Shown in pieces: positions 28,251 to 37,983 of a stretch of DNA of 64,000 nucleotides (position 1 is its first letter; each line of letters starts with the position of its first letter). The DNA is from Longimicrobiales bacterium (GTDB taxonomy: Bacteria > Gemmatimonadota > Gemmatimonadetes > Longimicrobiales > Gaopeijiaceae). The stretch spans positions 1,952,001 through 2,016,000 of the forward strand of contig OZ242008.1 in assembly GCA_965204735.1 (NCBI GenBank), in the 5' to 3' direction. Under the pieces are notes generated by a model. The model was given only the letters and a program-made list of their open reading frames with translations, searched no databases and was not told the origin of the DNA. The translations under genes were made by a program, and so were the position numbers.

Positions 28251-28867
28251 GAGGCGCCCATTCGGTGTTCGGTGCCGGCCAGCAGGCGGCGGATGTTGGA
28301 GCGGTGCGCCCACATGACGAAGAGCCCCATCGCCGTGAGGAAGACCTTGACGACCGGACCTCCGTCCGGCGCCAGCCCGGCCGGCGGAAGCAGCCAGGCG
28401 GACAAGGACACCGTCGCCGCGGCGGCGATCGACGCCAGCGACACGATCCGCGTCGTCAGCGCCACCGCCAGCCACGCCGCGATGCCGGCCCCGAGCGCCG
28501 CGGGCGCCAGGGCCGCGAGCACGCCCGCGCCGGCGGCCACCCCCTTCCCGCCGCGAAAGCGCACCCAGAACGAGAAGACGTGGCCGGCCACCGCCGCGCC
28601 GCCGTAGGCGACGGCCCACGCCGCCCCCTCCTGGCCGTCCCACCTGGGGAACCACCACGCCGGAGCGAAGCCCTTGAAGGCGTCGAACGCCACGACGACG
28701 ATTCCGGCCCAGGGGGCGAGCATCCGGTAGGCGTTGGTCGCCCCCAGGTTGCCGCTGCCCAGGGTGCGCAGGTCCTTGCCGAAGAACCATCGGCCGATCC
28801 AGTGGGCGGCCGGGACCGCCCCGGCGGCGTAGGCCGCAAGAACCAGAAGCAAGGGGATGCTCGTCAC
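28247..28867 (-). CDS. plsY: Glycerol-3-phosphate acyltransferase PlsY
   Basis: GSGNLGATN, FRGGKGVA, HRSNIRRL; lies between der and gpsA. Confidence 0.93.
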   Translation of the reverse strand: MTSIPLLLVLAAYAAGAVPAAHWIGRWFFGKDLRTLGSGNLGATNAYRMLAPWAGIVVVAFDAFKGFAPAWWFPRWDGQEGAAWAVAYGGAAVAGHVFSFWVRFRGGKGVAAGAGVLAALAPAALGAGIAAWLAVALTTRIVSLASIAAAATVSLSAWLLPPAGLAPDGGPVVKVFLTAMGLFVMWAHRSNIRRLLAGTEHRMGAS

Positions 28868-30186
28868 CGCTTGGACTCGCCGCTCTTTCGGAACCGGAGC
28901 CGGATCGGGACTCCCGTGAAGTCCCATCGGGCGCGAAGGAAGTTGGCAATGTAGCGACGGTAGTGGGCGGGCACGTCGCCTGGGAAGTTGGCGAACACCA
29001 CGAAGGTCGGGGGCGCGGTCTGCGCTTGGGTCGCGTACTTGAAGCGCAGGGGCCGCCCGCGGACGTGCGGCGGCGGTCTTCGGCGGGCCAGGGCCTCCAC
29101 GGCCTCGTTGACCTCGGCGGTGGCGATCCGCCGGCTTCGCCGTTCGGCCACTTCCAGCGCCAACTCCAAGGACTTGCGGACCCGCAGCCCCGTCAGGGCC
29201 GACGCGAAGAGGAAGGGCACCTCCTTCAGAAAGGGGATCCGCGCGCCTGCCTCCCGCCGAAACTCCTGGGCCGTGCGACCGTCCTTCTCGACCAAGTCCC
29301 ACTTGTTGCACACCAGGATCACTCCGCACCCCGCCTTCCACGCCGTCTCCGCCACCTTCGCGTCCTGGACGTGGAAGCCCTCGGCCGCGTCCACCAGCAC
29401 GAGGCACACGTGGGCTTTTCGCACCACCCGGGCCGTGCGCAGCCAGGCGTAGTACTCCACCGCGTCCTTGATCCGCGCGTGACGCCGGATCCCCGCCGTG
29501 TCCACGAAGGCGAGAGTGCGCCCGTGGTAGCGGAGGGCGTGGTCGACCGGGTCTCGGGTGGTGCCCGCCGCCTCGCTCACCACGACCCGATCCTCGCCGA
29601 AGATGCGGTTCACCAGGGACGACTTGCCGGCGTTGGGCTTGCCCACCACCGCCACCCGCACGTCGTCCTCGGCCGGCTCCGCCCCGCTGGGGGGAAGGCG
29701 GTCGACCACGGCGTCGAGCACGTCGCCGACGCCCCGGCCCGACACCGCGCTGGCCGGCAGCGGCTCGCCCATGCCCAGGCTCCAGAAATCCAGGTGCGTG
29801 CGCTCCGTCGGCAGGTTGTCCACCTTGTTGACGACCAGCAGAACGGGCTTGGCCGACCTGCGCAGCACCTCTGCGAGGCGCTGGTCCAGGGGATGCACCC
29901 CGGTCTTGGCGTCCACCAGGAGGAGCACCAGGTCCGCTTCGTCCACCGCCGTCATCGCTTGGCGGCGGATGAGGCGGTCCATCGCCCGGTCCGAGCCCTC
30001 GACGACGCCGCCCGTGTCCACGACGAAGAACCAGCGGCCCGTCCACTCCGCCTGCTCGAAGTTCCTGTCGCGGGTGACTCCGGGGACGTCGTCCACGATG
30101 GCTTCGCGACGCCCCACGACCCGATTGAAGAAGGCGGACTTGCCCACGTTGGGGCGGCCCACCACCGCCACGACCGGCACGCTCAC
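28864..30186 (-). CDS. der: Ribosome biogenesis GTPase Der (EngA)
   Basis: Two GTPase domains (GRPNVGKS/DTGG/NKVD and GKPNAGKS/DTAG/NKWD). Confidence 0.96.
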   Translation of the reverse strand: MSVPVVAVVGRPNVGKSAFFNRVVGRREAIVDDVPGVTRDRNFEQAEWTGRWFFVVDTGGVVEGSDRAMDRLIRRQAMTAVDEADLVLLLVDAKTGVHPLDQRLAEVLRRSAKPVLLVVNKVDNLPTERTHLDFWSLGMGEPLPASAVSGRGVGDVLDAVVDRLPPSGAEPAEDDVRVAVVGKPNAGKSSLVNRIFGEDRVVVSEAAGTTRDPVDHALRYHGRTLAFVDTAGIRRHARIKDAVEYYAWLRTARVVRKAHVCLVLVDAAEGFHVQDAKVAETAWKAGCGVILVCNKWDLVEKDGRTAQEFRREAGARIPFLKEVPFLFASALTGLRVRKSLELALEVAERRSRRIATAEVNEAVEALARRRPPPHVRGRPLRFKYATQAQTAPPTFVVFANFPGDVPAHYRRYIANFLRARWDFTGVPIRLRFRKSGESKR

Positions 30187-31526
30187 CCGATCGACGGCGG
30201 GGCCGGCGCCTCACGCCCCGGCTCGGGGTCCGCCGACGACGGAGCTCTCGGCGGACGCCCCGACAGCGCCTCCACCAGCTCCATCCCGGTCCCGACGACG
30301 GCGGGCGACAGGAGCGCCTCCACCTCCGCCAGGGCGGCGCCGTCGACGAAGAGGCCGTCGGCGTTCAGCGCGTCGCCGGGCAAGAGCACCAAGTCCCCCG
30401 CGCGGCACTTCCCCACCTCCCGAGCCAGGTCGGCTCCGGCCAGCAGTCCGGCCACCGTCACCGTCGGGCCGAAGTAGCGGTTCTCGACGGCGACGACCTC
30501 CACCTCGCACGCCATCCGCCTGGAGACGGCGGGCGCCATCCGCTCGAAGAAGGGCCCCATGGAGCGGCCGGTCGCGATCCGCACCCGTTGCACGCCGGGG
30601 ATGGGCGACAGCGACTCCTTCCCGGCTTCGAAAGCGTCCAGCAAGGAGCGAAGCGCGCCCACTCCGTTCTCCAGCAAGGAGCGTTCGTCGTAGTAGCCGG
30701 CGGGCGGAACGTCTCGACCGGCGATCAGGAAGAGCTCGTCGGCTGCGTAGCACCACGAACGACCGCGCTCCCGGAGAGCGGTCCGCCGAGGCGCCGCCGT
30801 CTGCTCCAGCGCCGTTGCGGCCTCCCGCCGGGAGAGGAGTCTCGTCGGGCGGTTCAGGTTGTAGCGGGTAAGGCCGACGGGCACGACGGAAAGGCTCAGG
30901 ACGCCCTTGCCCAGGGCGTAGAGCTCGCGAATCGTCCTGTCGAGTTCGGGGCCGTCGTTCCAGCTCGGACAGAGGACGACCTGGGCGTGCACTTCCAGGC
31001 CGGCGCCCAGCAGGCGGCGGAGCTGCTCCATGATCAAGCCCGCCCGCCGGTTCTTCAGGAGGCGGATGCGCACGTCGGGGTCGGTGGCGTGGACGCTCAC
31101 GTACAGCGGCGAGATCCGCTGGTCCACCAAGCGCTGGAGACCCCGGGGCCCCAGGTTGGTCAGGGTGACGTAGCTGCCGTGCGTGAAGGAAAGGCGGAAG
31201 TCGTCGTCGCGAAGCCAGAGGGAGGGTCGCGCGCCGGGCGGGTTCCCGTCGACGAAGCAGAAGACGCACTCGTTGGCGCACTCCCGGACCTTGTCGGGCG
31301 CGGGAACGATGCCCAGGCTCTCCGACGGGTCCCGGGAGACCTCGTGGACCACCGCGTCGCCCTCCGGCCCGACCGCCTCGATCTCCAGCTCGCTCTCCGC
31401 AGCCAGGAAGGCGAAGTCCAAGCCGTCGCGGACCCGTTCGCCGTTGACGGACAGGATGCGGGTCCCGATCCGCAGCTCCAGGGCCTCGGCTATGGAGCCG
31501 GGACCGATCTCGCCGATTCGCACCAC
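30183..31526 (-). CDS. PDZ plus radical SAM-like DUF512 protein
   Basis: N-terminal PDZ-like segment, CANECVFC (CxxxCxxC), DDDFRLSF, TVAGLL. Confidence 0.88.
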   Translation of the reverse strand: MVRIGEIGPGSIAEALELRIGTRILSVNGERVRDGLDFAFLAAESELEIEAVGPEGDAVVHEVSRDPSESLGIVPAPDKVRECANECVFCFVDGNPPGARPSLWLRDDDFRLSFTHGSYVTLTNLGPRGLQRLVDQRISPLYVSVHATDPDVRIRLLKNRRAGLIMEQLRRLLGAGLEVHAQVVLCPSWNDGPELDRTIRELYALGKGVLSLSVVPVGLTRYNLNRPTRLLSRREAATALEQTAAPRRTALRERGRSWCYAADELFLIAGRDVPPAGYYDERSLLENGVGALRSLLDAFEAGKESLSPIPGVQRVRIATGRSMGPFFERMAPAVSRRMACEVEVVAVENRYFGPTVTVAGLLAGADLAREVGKCRAGDLVLLPGDALNADGLFVDGAALAEVEALLSPAVVGTGMELVEALSGRPPRAPSSADPEPGREAPAPPSIG

Positions 31527-31584
31527 GGGTCTTGATCCTCGGCGCCGACTGCCGTCCGGCGGGGGACGAGCCGGCGCGGTTTGG

Positions 31585-32466
31585 TCAGCGGTGCCGGGAG
31601 AGCATCTCCTGGAAGACGAGGTTGTTCCGCACCTGTTCCCAGGCGTACCGGGTCGACAAGCTGTGGACCGTGACGAGGGTGGAGCCCGCGAGAAGGGGCT
31701 CCAGCAGCCCGACCGCTTCGTCGACCTGCCCCAGCTCGGCGTAGGTCTGCGCCCATCGGCGCTGCACCATGGGCCGGCCCTCGTCGGTCACGGGCATCGA
31801 CATCGCCTTCTCCAGCTCCCGACGGGCGTCGGCCGTCCGCCCCGCCCTTGCCAAGTTGCGGGCGTACTGTCCCTGCCAGTTGGCCTGGGCGTCCGGGTCC
31901 TCGAAGCTCAGGGGGTTGCGGTCCCAAGCGGCCACCAGCTCGCCCCACACCACGCGGGACTCGTGCTGCCGGCCGGCGACCTTGTGGACCCACGCCTTCT
32001 GGGCTTGGCAGGCGCAGCGGTAGCCCGGGTCCGGATGGTCCGCCGAGAGGCTCATGATCATCTCGTCGAACTCGCCCCCGACGAGAAGCGCGGGAAAGGT
32101 GTTGGTGATGGCGGCGATCTGGACGGGCGTCAGTCGAACTTGGGCCCGCGCGTCGCGGAACGCCCGCTGCATTCCGTTGACGCCCTCGCCCGACGCGAGC
32201 GCCAGGAAGATCTTCTCGTTGACCCAGTTGGCCTCGGCTTGGGCGCGGGCGTCGGAGGCCCGGTTCAGGATCTCCGCGGCGGCATCGAAGTCTCCCAGCA
32301 TTCGAGCCGCGGAAGCGCCTTGAAGCAGCGTGGTCAGGCTTGTGGAGGTCCGGGCCGACTCCACCCGGCTCCGCAGCTCGTCCTCGGGAAGCTGGCCTGC
32401 CGTGGGAAGCGCGCCGGCCAGGAGAAGGCCGACAACGAGGACCAGCGGTCGAAAGCGCGAGCGCAT
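31585..32466 (-). CDS. Exported hypothetical protein with TPR-like helices
   Basis: Signal peptide MRSRFRPLVLVVGLLLAGA; the longer track ORF runs into the tRNA, so ATG 32466 was chosen. Confidence 0.65.
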   Translation of the reverse strand: MRSRFRPLVLVVGLLLAGALPTAGQLPEDELRSRVESARTSTSLTTLLQGASAARMLGDFDAAAEILNRASDARAQAEANWVNEKIFLALASGEGVNGMQRAFRDARAQVRLTPVQIAAITNTFPALLVGGEFDEMIMSLSADHPDPGYRCACQAQKAWVHKVAGRQHESRVVWGELVAAWDRNPLSFEDPDAQANWQGQYARNLARAGRTADARRELEKAMSMPVTDEGRPMVQRRWAQTYAELGQVDEAVGLLEPLLAGSTLVTVHSLSTRYAWEQVRNNLVFQEMLSRHR

Positions 32467-32501
32467 GACGTGGGACTCCGGTTGGAGGTGGGAAGACGGC
32501 A

Positions 32502-32574
32502 AGCGGGAGACGGGACTCGAACCCGCGACCCTCAGCTTGGGAAGCTGATGCTCTGCCAACTGAGCTACTCCCGC
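32502..32574 (-). tRNA. tRNA-Gly(CCC)
   Basis: GCGGGAGTAGCTCAGTTGGCAGAGCATCAGCTTCCCAAGCTGAGGGTCGCGGGTTCGAGTCCCGTCTCCCGCT; anticodon CCC. Confidence 0.96.
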
Positions 32575-32602
32575 GACGGCTTGTCTCGGTCTATGAAGTC
32601 TC

Positions 32603-33993
32603 CTAAGCAGGTTCGACGACCTCGAAGTAGAAGCCCAGAACGTTCTCCTCGCTGGTCAGATCGGCTCGGAAGGGCTCGGCGGCCTCCGGCGCGGGCGCTT
32701 CGACCCGTATGTCCGTGGACCCGATCACCACGCCGTCGTCGCTGACGAAGTGGACGCGCACGGTGACGGTCTCGCCGGCGGCGAGGGAGTTGTTGATCAG
32801 CTCGGCTTCCACCGAGCCCCCGCCGCCGCTCCGGGGCTCCAGCCGACTGTTTTCCAGGTTGAACGGCAGCTCTTCCCCGGCCTGGAGGACGCGAACGGCC
32901 TCCTGCTCGTCGCCGGTGTTGATCAGCGCCCGCGCCAGGATGTGGTAGCTGTTGCTGTTGTATCCGTCCAGGTCGACGAGGTCCCGACCGACCGACAGGA
33001 GGGTCTCCCAGTCCTCGGCCTCGAAGAGAGACTGGGCGTAGTTGTAGACGGCGTCCCGGTTCTCCGGTCCGACCTCCGCCACCTTGCGGAACGCCTCGGC
33101 GGCTTGGTCGAAGACTTCGGCGCCGTAGAGACCCACCCCGATGTTGAAGTAGTCGCGGGGCTCGAGCTCGTCCTGGTTGAGGAGGCGGTCGTAGATCGCC
33201 TGGGCCGAGTCGGGCCGGCCGGCCGAGGACATGACGGCGGCCAGGGCGGAGAGGGCCGACACGTCGCTTGGATTCGATTCCAGGTAGGCTTGGTACTCGG
33301 CCGCCGCCTCGTCGTAGCGCTCCAACTGGCTCAGCAGCTGGGCCCGGTTGAAGGCGACGCTGGACTCCTGCTCGGCCCAGCCGGCCACCGTGGCGCTGTC
33401 CGCGCCCTCCAAGCGGGGGTTGCGGATGAGCTCCAGCGCTTCCCCGAACGCGTCCACGGCTTCGTCGTTCCGGTCCACGTTGCTGTAGCCGACGCCCAGG
33501 TTGATCAGGGCTTCGGGACGTTGCCCGGGGAAGATCGTCTCGGCCATCTCCAGCAAGCGGATCCCGTCCTCGGGAGCGCCGGCGTTCATCGGCTCGATCG
33601 ATCTGTTGAACAAGGCGATCCAGGCGTTCTCCCTCTCGATCCGCACCTCTTCGGCGTAGGCCGGGTAGAGCTCCAGCGCCCTTTCGAAGAGGGTGTCCGC
33701 AGCGACGTAGTCCTCCATGCCGGCCTGGGCGCGGCCCGCCTGAAAGTAGCCTCGGGGGTTGGTGGGCTCCTCGAGGATCGAGTTGTTCGCCGCGCTCAGC
33801 GCGTCCGTGTACTTCGTGGCGTCGCCGAGGGTCTGGGCCTGGGTCAGGAAGAGCTCGGCGCTGCGGGTGTGACTGTTGTCCCTGGGCGGGTTCCCTCCTC
33901 CGCCGCTCCTCCTCCTCCGGAGCCGGACGCGCACCCGGCCAGGACCACGGCCGTCGCAGCGACCAGCGGGAGTTCGAACCGAGCCTTCTTCAC
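32603..33993 (-). CDS. TPR-repeat lipoprotein, frame broken by a 1-nt indel near 33905-33918
   Basis: AGGAGG RBS plus GTG 33993 gives the signal VKKARFELPLVAATAVVLAG-C; the TPR body (track ORF 32603..33934) is in another frame after a GGA run. Confidence 0.75.
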
Positions 33994-34180
33994 GCCGAAT
34001 CCTCCTGAAGTCGTTTCGTAGCGAGCCGCGTCTCCTCGGCGACGAGGGAGGCGCAAGCGGTCAAAGAAATCTACGGGCGGCGCCGGCAGAGGTCAAAGGC
34101 GAACGGGGCCGGCGGCCCGAGACCCCGACGGTCGACGGCTGCCTCGGCGCCGAACCTCCGGCCCCCGGGGGCCGTCTCCT

Positions 34181-36070
34181 TCAGCCTCGCTTCAGCCAAG
34201 TCAGGATGCGCGCGCCCATGGCGTCGCTGAAGCCCGGCACCCGGCCGATCTCCTCGGCGCTGGCTTCCCGGACGGCGCGCACCGAACCGAAGCGGGAGAG
34301 GAGGGCGCGCTGTCGCTTGGGCCCCACGCCCGGAACGTCGCCCAGCTCCGAGCGGATCGTGCGGCGGGAGCGGAGCTTGCGGCTGTAGCCGGAGGCGAAG
34401 CGGTGCGCCTCGTCCCGGACGCGCTGCAGGAGGTGGAGGGAGCGCGCGGTCCGGGGAATGCGAAGGCCCTGGGTCCGGCCCGGCAGGTAGACCAGCTCCT
34501 CCCGCTTGGCCAGGGCCGCCACGGCGACGCTGCCCAGCCCCAACTGCGCCAGGGTCTCCTGCGCCGCGGCCAGCTGCGCCCGGCCTCCGTCCATCACGGC
34601 CAGGTCCGGCAGGGGCCCGTCGCCCTCGGCCAAGCGGGCGAAGTAGCGGCCGACGCCCTCGGCCAAGGAGCGGCAGTCGTCGTTCCCCCACTCGCCCCTG
34701 ACGCGCATGTGGCGGTAGCCCGACTTCCGGGGCTCGCCGTTCTCGAAGAGCACGGCCGCGGCCACCGTCTCGGCGCCCTGAGTGTGGGAGACGTCGAAGC
34801 AGGCGATCAAGCGCGGCACCACCTTGAGGCCCAAGCGGTCCTGGAGCTCGAAGAGGACGTCGTCGGGGCGCGGGGCCGGGGCGTCGCCCTTGCGCGCGTG
34901 GTCCGCCAGCGCGTGCCGGGCGTTGGCGACGGCAAGCTCCACCATCCGCACCTTGGCGCCTCGCCGAGGCACGCGGACGACCACCTTGCGGGACGCCTTC
35001 CTGCTCAGGACTTCCTCCAGCAGCTGCTGGTCCGCGAAGCCGAGCGGCAGGAGCACCTCCCGAGGAAGTCGGTCGACCACGGCGTCGCCGCCGGAAAGGT
35101 ACGCGTGGGCGGCGAAGCGGCCGAGAAGGGCCTCGTCGGGCTCCCCTTCGGCGCCGGTCATCATGTGGGTCTCGCGGCCGATGAGGAGCCCCTTGCGCAC
35201 CCGGAGCAGCGCCGCGGCGGCAGCCTCGCCGTCCCGGGCCAGCCCCAGCACGTCCTGATCTCCCCCGCCCAGGCTCTGGACCCGCTGCTGACGAGCGATG
35301 CCGTCGAGCCCCGCCAAGACGTTGCGGAGATGGCCCGCTCTCTCGAACTCCATGTTGGAAGAAGCTTTGTGCATCTTTTCTTCAAGCATTGCTTGAACTT
35401 CGGCCACGTCGCCGGAGAGGACTTGGACGATGCGGTCGATCATCCGTCGGTACTCGGCTTCGCTCTGGCGCCCGGCGCACGGCGCGCGGCATCGGCCGAT
35501 GTGGTAGTCCAGGCATGGACGGGGCGGCGCCTCCGACGGCAGGTCGTAGCGGCACGAGCGGACGAAGTGGAGCCGGCCCACGGCCTCCAGGGCTTGGCGC
35601 ACCCGCCCGACCGAGACGAAGGGGCCGAAGTAGCGGGAGCCGTCCTCGCGCACGTGGCGGGTGACCCAGGCCCGGGGGAAGCGCTCCTGCACCGTGACCT
35701 TGATGTACGGGTACTTCTTGTCGTCGCGCAGCTGGATGTTGAAGCGTGGCTGGTGCTCCTTGATCAGGTTGGCTTCCAGGATCAGCGCTTCGGCCTCCGA
35801 ACCCACCACGAGGGTCTCGACGAGTCGCGTCCGGCGCGCGAGCTCGCGGGTCTTGATGCTGGCGTCCCCGCCCTTTCGCAAGTACGACTGCACGCGTGCG
35901 CGGAGGGACTTGGCCTTGCCCACGTACAGGACTTCGCGCCGGACTCCCCCCTTGAAGAGGTAGACGCCGGGGCGGACCGGCAGCCGGGCGGCGTGCGCCA
36001 GGTCGAAGGGCACGCCCCGGGTCGTCGTCGCCGAAGGCGGGGTCGCTGGCGGAAGCGGCGGCGGGGTCAC
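34181..36070 (-). CDS. uvrC: Excinuclease ABC subunit C
   Basis: PGVYLF…YVGKAKSL GIY-YIG, CLDYHIGRC, FDVSH, MDGG, RVRDEAHRFA, HhH; start approximate. Confidence 0.95.
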   Translation of the reverse strand: MTPPPLPPATPPSATTTRGVPFDLAHAARLPVRPGVYLFKGGVRREVLYVGKAKSLRARVQSYLRKGGDASIKTRELARRTRLVETLVVGSEAEALILEANLIKEHQPRFNIQLRDDKKYPYIKVTVQERFPRAWVTRHVREDGSRYFGPFVSVGRVRQALEAVGRLHFVRSCRYDLPSEAPPRPCLDYHIGRCRAPCAGRQSEAEYRRMIDRIVQVLSGDVAEVQAMLEEKMHKASSNMEFERAGHLRNVLAGLDGIARQQRVQSLGGGDQDVLGLARDGEAAAAALLRVRKGLLIGRETHMMTGAEGEPDEALLGRFAAHAYLSGGDAVVDRLPREVLLPLGFADQQLLEEVLSRKASRKVVVRVPRRGAKVRMVELAVANARHALADHARKGDAPAPRPDDVLFELQDRLGLKVVPRLIACFDVSHTQGAETVAAAVLFENGEPRKSGYRHMRVRGEWGNDDCRSLAEGVGRYFARLAEGDGPLPDLAVMDGGRAQLAAAQETLAQLGLGSVAVAALAKREELVYLPGRTQGLRIPRTARSLHLLQRVRDEAHRFASGYSRKLRSRRTIRSELGDVPGVGPKRQRALLSRFGSVRAVREASAEEIGRVPGFSDAMGARILTWLKRG

Positions 36071-37641
36071 TGGCGGAAGCGGCGGATACGGCCCCGGACG
36101 CCGACGGGCGACGTGCCCGTCCACTCGGCGACGGCGAGGTAGACGAGGGCGAAGGGGAAGGCGGCGCCCAGCGCCCGGAGGACCGGCGGAAGGGGCGGCA
36201 GCAGCGCCTTCGCTGCGAGACCGGCGGCGACGGCGGCCGCAGCGGCGCCTGCAACCAGGAGCAGCCGGCGGGGCTGGAAGGAGAAGCCCGCGAGCCGCTC
36301 CCGCAGCCGCCGCCGCAAGAGCCAGAGCTCCAGCCAGCCCCCCAGGGCCGCCCCCGCCGCCAACCCCACCGCCCCCAACGGACGCCCGCCGACCGAGAGG
36401 CCGTCCAGCGGGAACATGAGGGCGGCCCCGGCGGCGGCGGCCACCACCATCCGCGCGGCGACGATCTTGGCGGGGGTGCGCGTGTCGCCCAGGCTGAAGA
36501 AGGCCGAGGAGATCACTCGGCAGGCCCCCGTCGCCGGCAGCCCGACGGCGAACGCCGCCAGCACCCACCCGGTCGCGGCGGCGTCCTGGTCCGCGAAGGC
36601 GCTCTCTCCCAGGATCCCGTCGAACGCCTGGAAGACGGCCATGGCCTCCGTTCGCAGGGCCATGTAGCCGGCGGCAAAGGGGATCAGCCAGAAGAGAGCC
36701 CGCGCAACGGCGTGTTCAGTGCGTGCTCGAACCGCCGCCGGCCCGGCGGATCGGTCCCGGGAGAGCTCCGGCAGCTCGGCGGCGGCGATCGAGAGGGCGA
36801 AGAGCGAGAGCGGCAGCACGTAGAGCATCCGGGCGTACCCCAGCCGGGCCAGGGCGCCCGCGGCCAACCACGACGCCAGCTGCAGGTCCACGAAAGCGCC
36901 AAGGTTCGCAACGCCACGGGACGCCATCGCGGGCAAGAAGTTGCGGACCACCTCCCGGACCTCGGCGATCCGCGCGTTCGCGGAGAGCCGGAGGCGCTTC
37001 AGGTGAGGCGCGGCGAAGGGCACCTGGAAGAGCAGCTGGAGGACGCCGCCGACGAAGGCGCCCCACGCCAGCGCGACCAGCAGCTCTCGCCCCCCGATTC
37101 CGCTCCCGCCCGCCGCGAAGGTCCCGAACGCCACCAGCACGACGAGCATCGAGAGGCTCCACAACGACGGGGCCACGTAGGCGACGAAGAACTTCCGGTG
37201 GCTGTTCAGGATCCCCAGAGTCCACGCCGAGAGGGCCAGCACCGCCGTCATGGGGAAGAGCACGCGGAGGAGCGCGACCACCAGGTCCGCCCGCGCGTCG
37301 CCGATGAAGCCCGGAACGAGCGCCAGCAGCCAGGGCGCCGCCCACGCGCCCAGCAGCGCCATGCCTCCCGCCGTCGCGGCCAGCAAGCCGAGAACCGCGC
37401 CCGCGACCCTTCCCGCCTCCTCTTCCCTGCCTTCCTCCAGCAGGCGCACGTACACCGGAACGAAGGAAGCGCTCAGGCTCCCCTCTCCCAGGAGGTTCTG
37501 CACGACGTTCGGGATCTGAAGGGCCGCCCGCCAGGAATCGGCCAAGTAGCCGGCGCCGAAGAAGTGAGCGACGGCCGACTCCCGGGCGAAGCCGACGAGC
37601 CGGCTGACGAGGATCCCGGAAGCCGCCCGCGAAGCCGCCAC
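36067..37641 (-). CDS. murJ: Lipid II flippase MurJ (MviN)
   Basis: SRLVGFARE, IPN…LLGEGSLSASFVP, multi-TM. Confidence 0.92.
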   Translation of the reverse strand: MAASRAASGILVSRLVGFARESAVAHFFGAGYLADSWRAALQIPNVVQNLLGEGSLSASFVPVYVRLLEEGREEEAGRVAGAVLGLLAATAGGMALLGAWAAPWLLALVPGFIGDARADLVVALLRVLFPMTAVLALSAWTLGILNSHRKFFVAYVAPSLWSLSMLVVLVAFGTFAAGGSGIGGRELLVALAWGAFVGGVLQLLFQVPFAAPHLKRLRLSANARIAEVREVVRNFLPAMASRGVANLGAFVDLQLASWLAAGALARLGYARMLYVLPLSLFALSIAAAELPELSRDRSAGPAAVRARTEHAVARALFWLIPFAAGYMALRTEAMAVFQAFDGILGESAFADQDAAATGWVLAAFAVGLPATGACRVISSAFFSLGDTRTPAKIVAARMVVAAAAGAALMFPLDGLSVGGRPLGAVGLAAGAALGGWLELWLLRRRLRERLAGFSFQPRRLLLVAGAAAAAVAAGLAAKALLPPLPPVLRALGAAFPFALVYLAVAEWTGTSPVGVRGRIRRFRQ

Positions 37642-37665
37642 CTCAGGCGCGACCGGCGGGGGCGG

Positions 37666-37974
37666 TCAGGCCCCGGGCTCGTTGCCGGGACGGCGTCGCC
37701 GCGGAGCTCCGCTGCCGGGGAGAAGGCCGTCCGGTCCCTGCCGGTCCGCCAGCAGCTTCTGCGTGAACCGGCCCGCCTCGTCCAGGCGCTCGACCTCCCG
37801 TCCGAGACGCTCCACCTCTCCCTCCAGAAAGGCCAGCCGCTCGTGGGCGGCCCGGTCGCCTCCTGCAAAGTTCCTGCGTTCGATGCGAGCGGCGATCGCC
37901 TTGCCCAGCCGGGAGTCGAGCACGATGGCCAGGATCGGGATCAGAAGGACGAGGACGACCACTGTGAAGATCAT
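37666..37974 (-). CDS. Small membrane-anchored coiled-coil hypothetical protein
   Basis: N-terminal TM helix, then heptad-like RLAFLEGEVERLGREVERL; fills the operon gap. Confidence 0.7.
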   Translation of the reverse strand: MIFTVVVLVLLIPILAIVLDSRLGKAIAARIERRNFAGGDRAAHERLAFLEGEVERLGREVERLDEAGRFTQKLLADRQGPDGLLPGSGAPRRRRPGNEPGA

Positions 37975-37983
37975 CGGTGAAAG

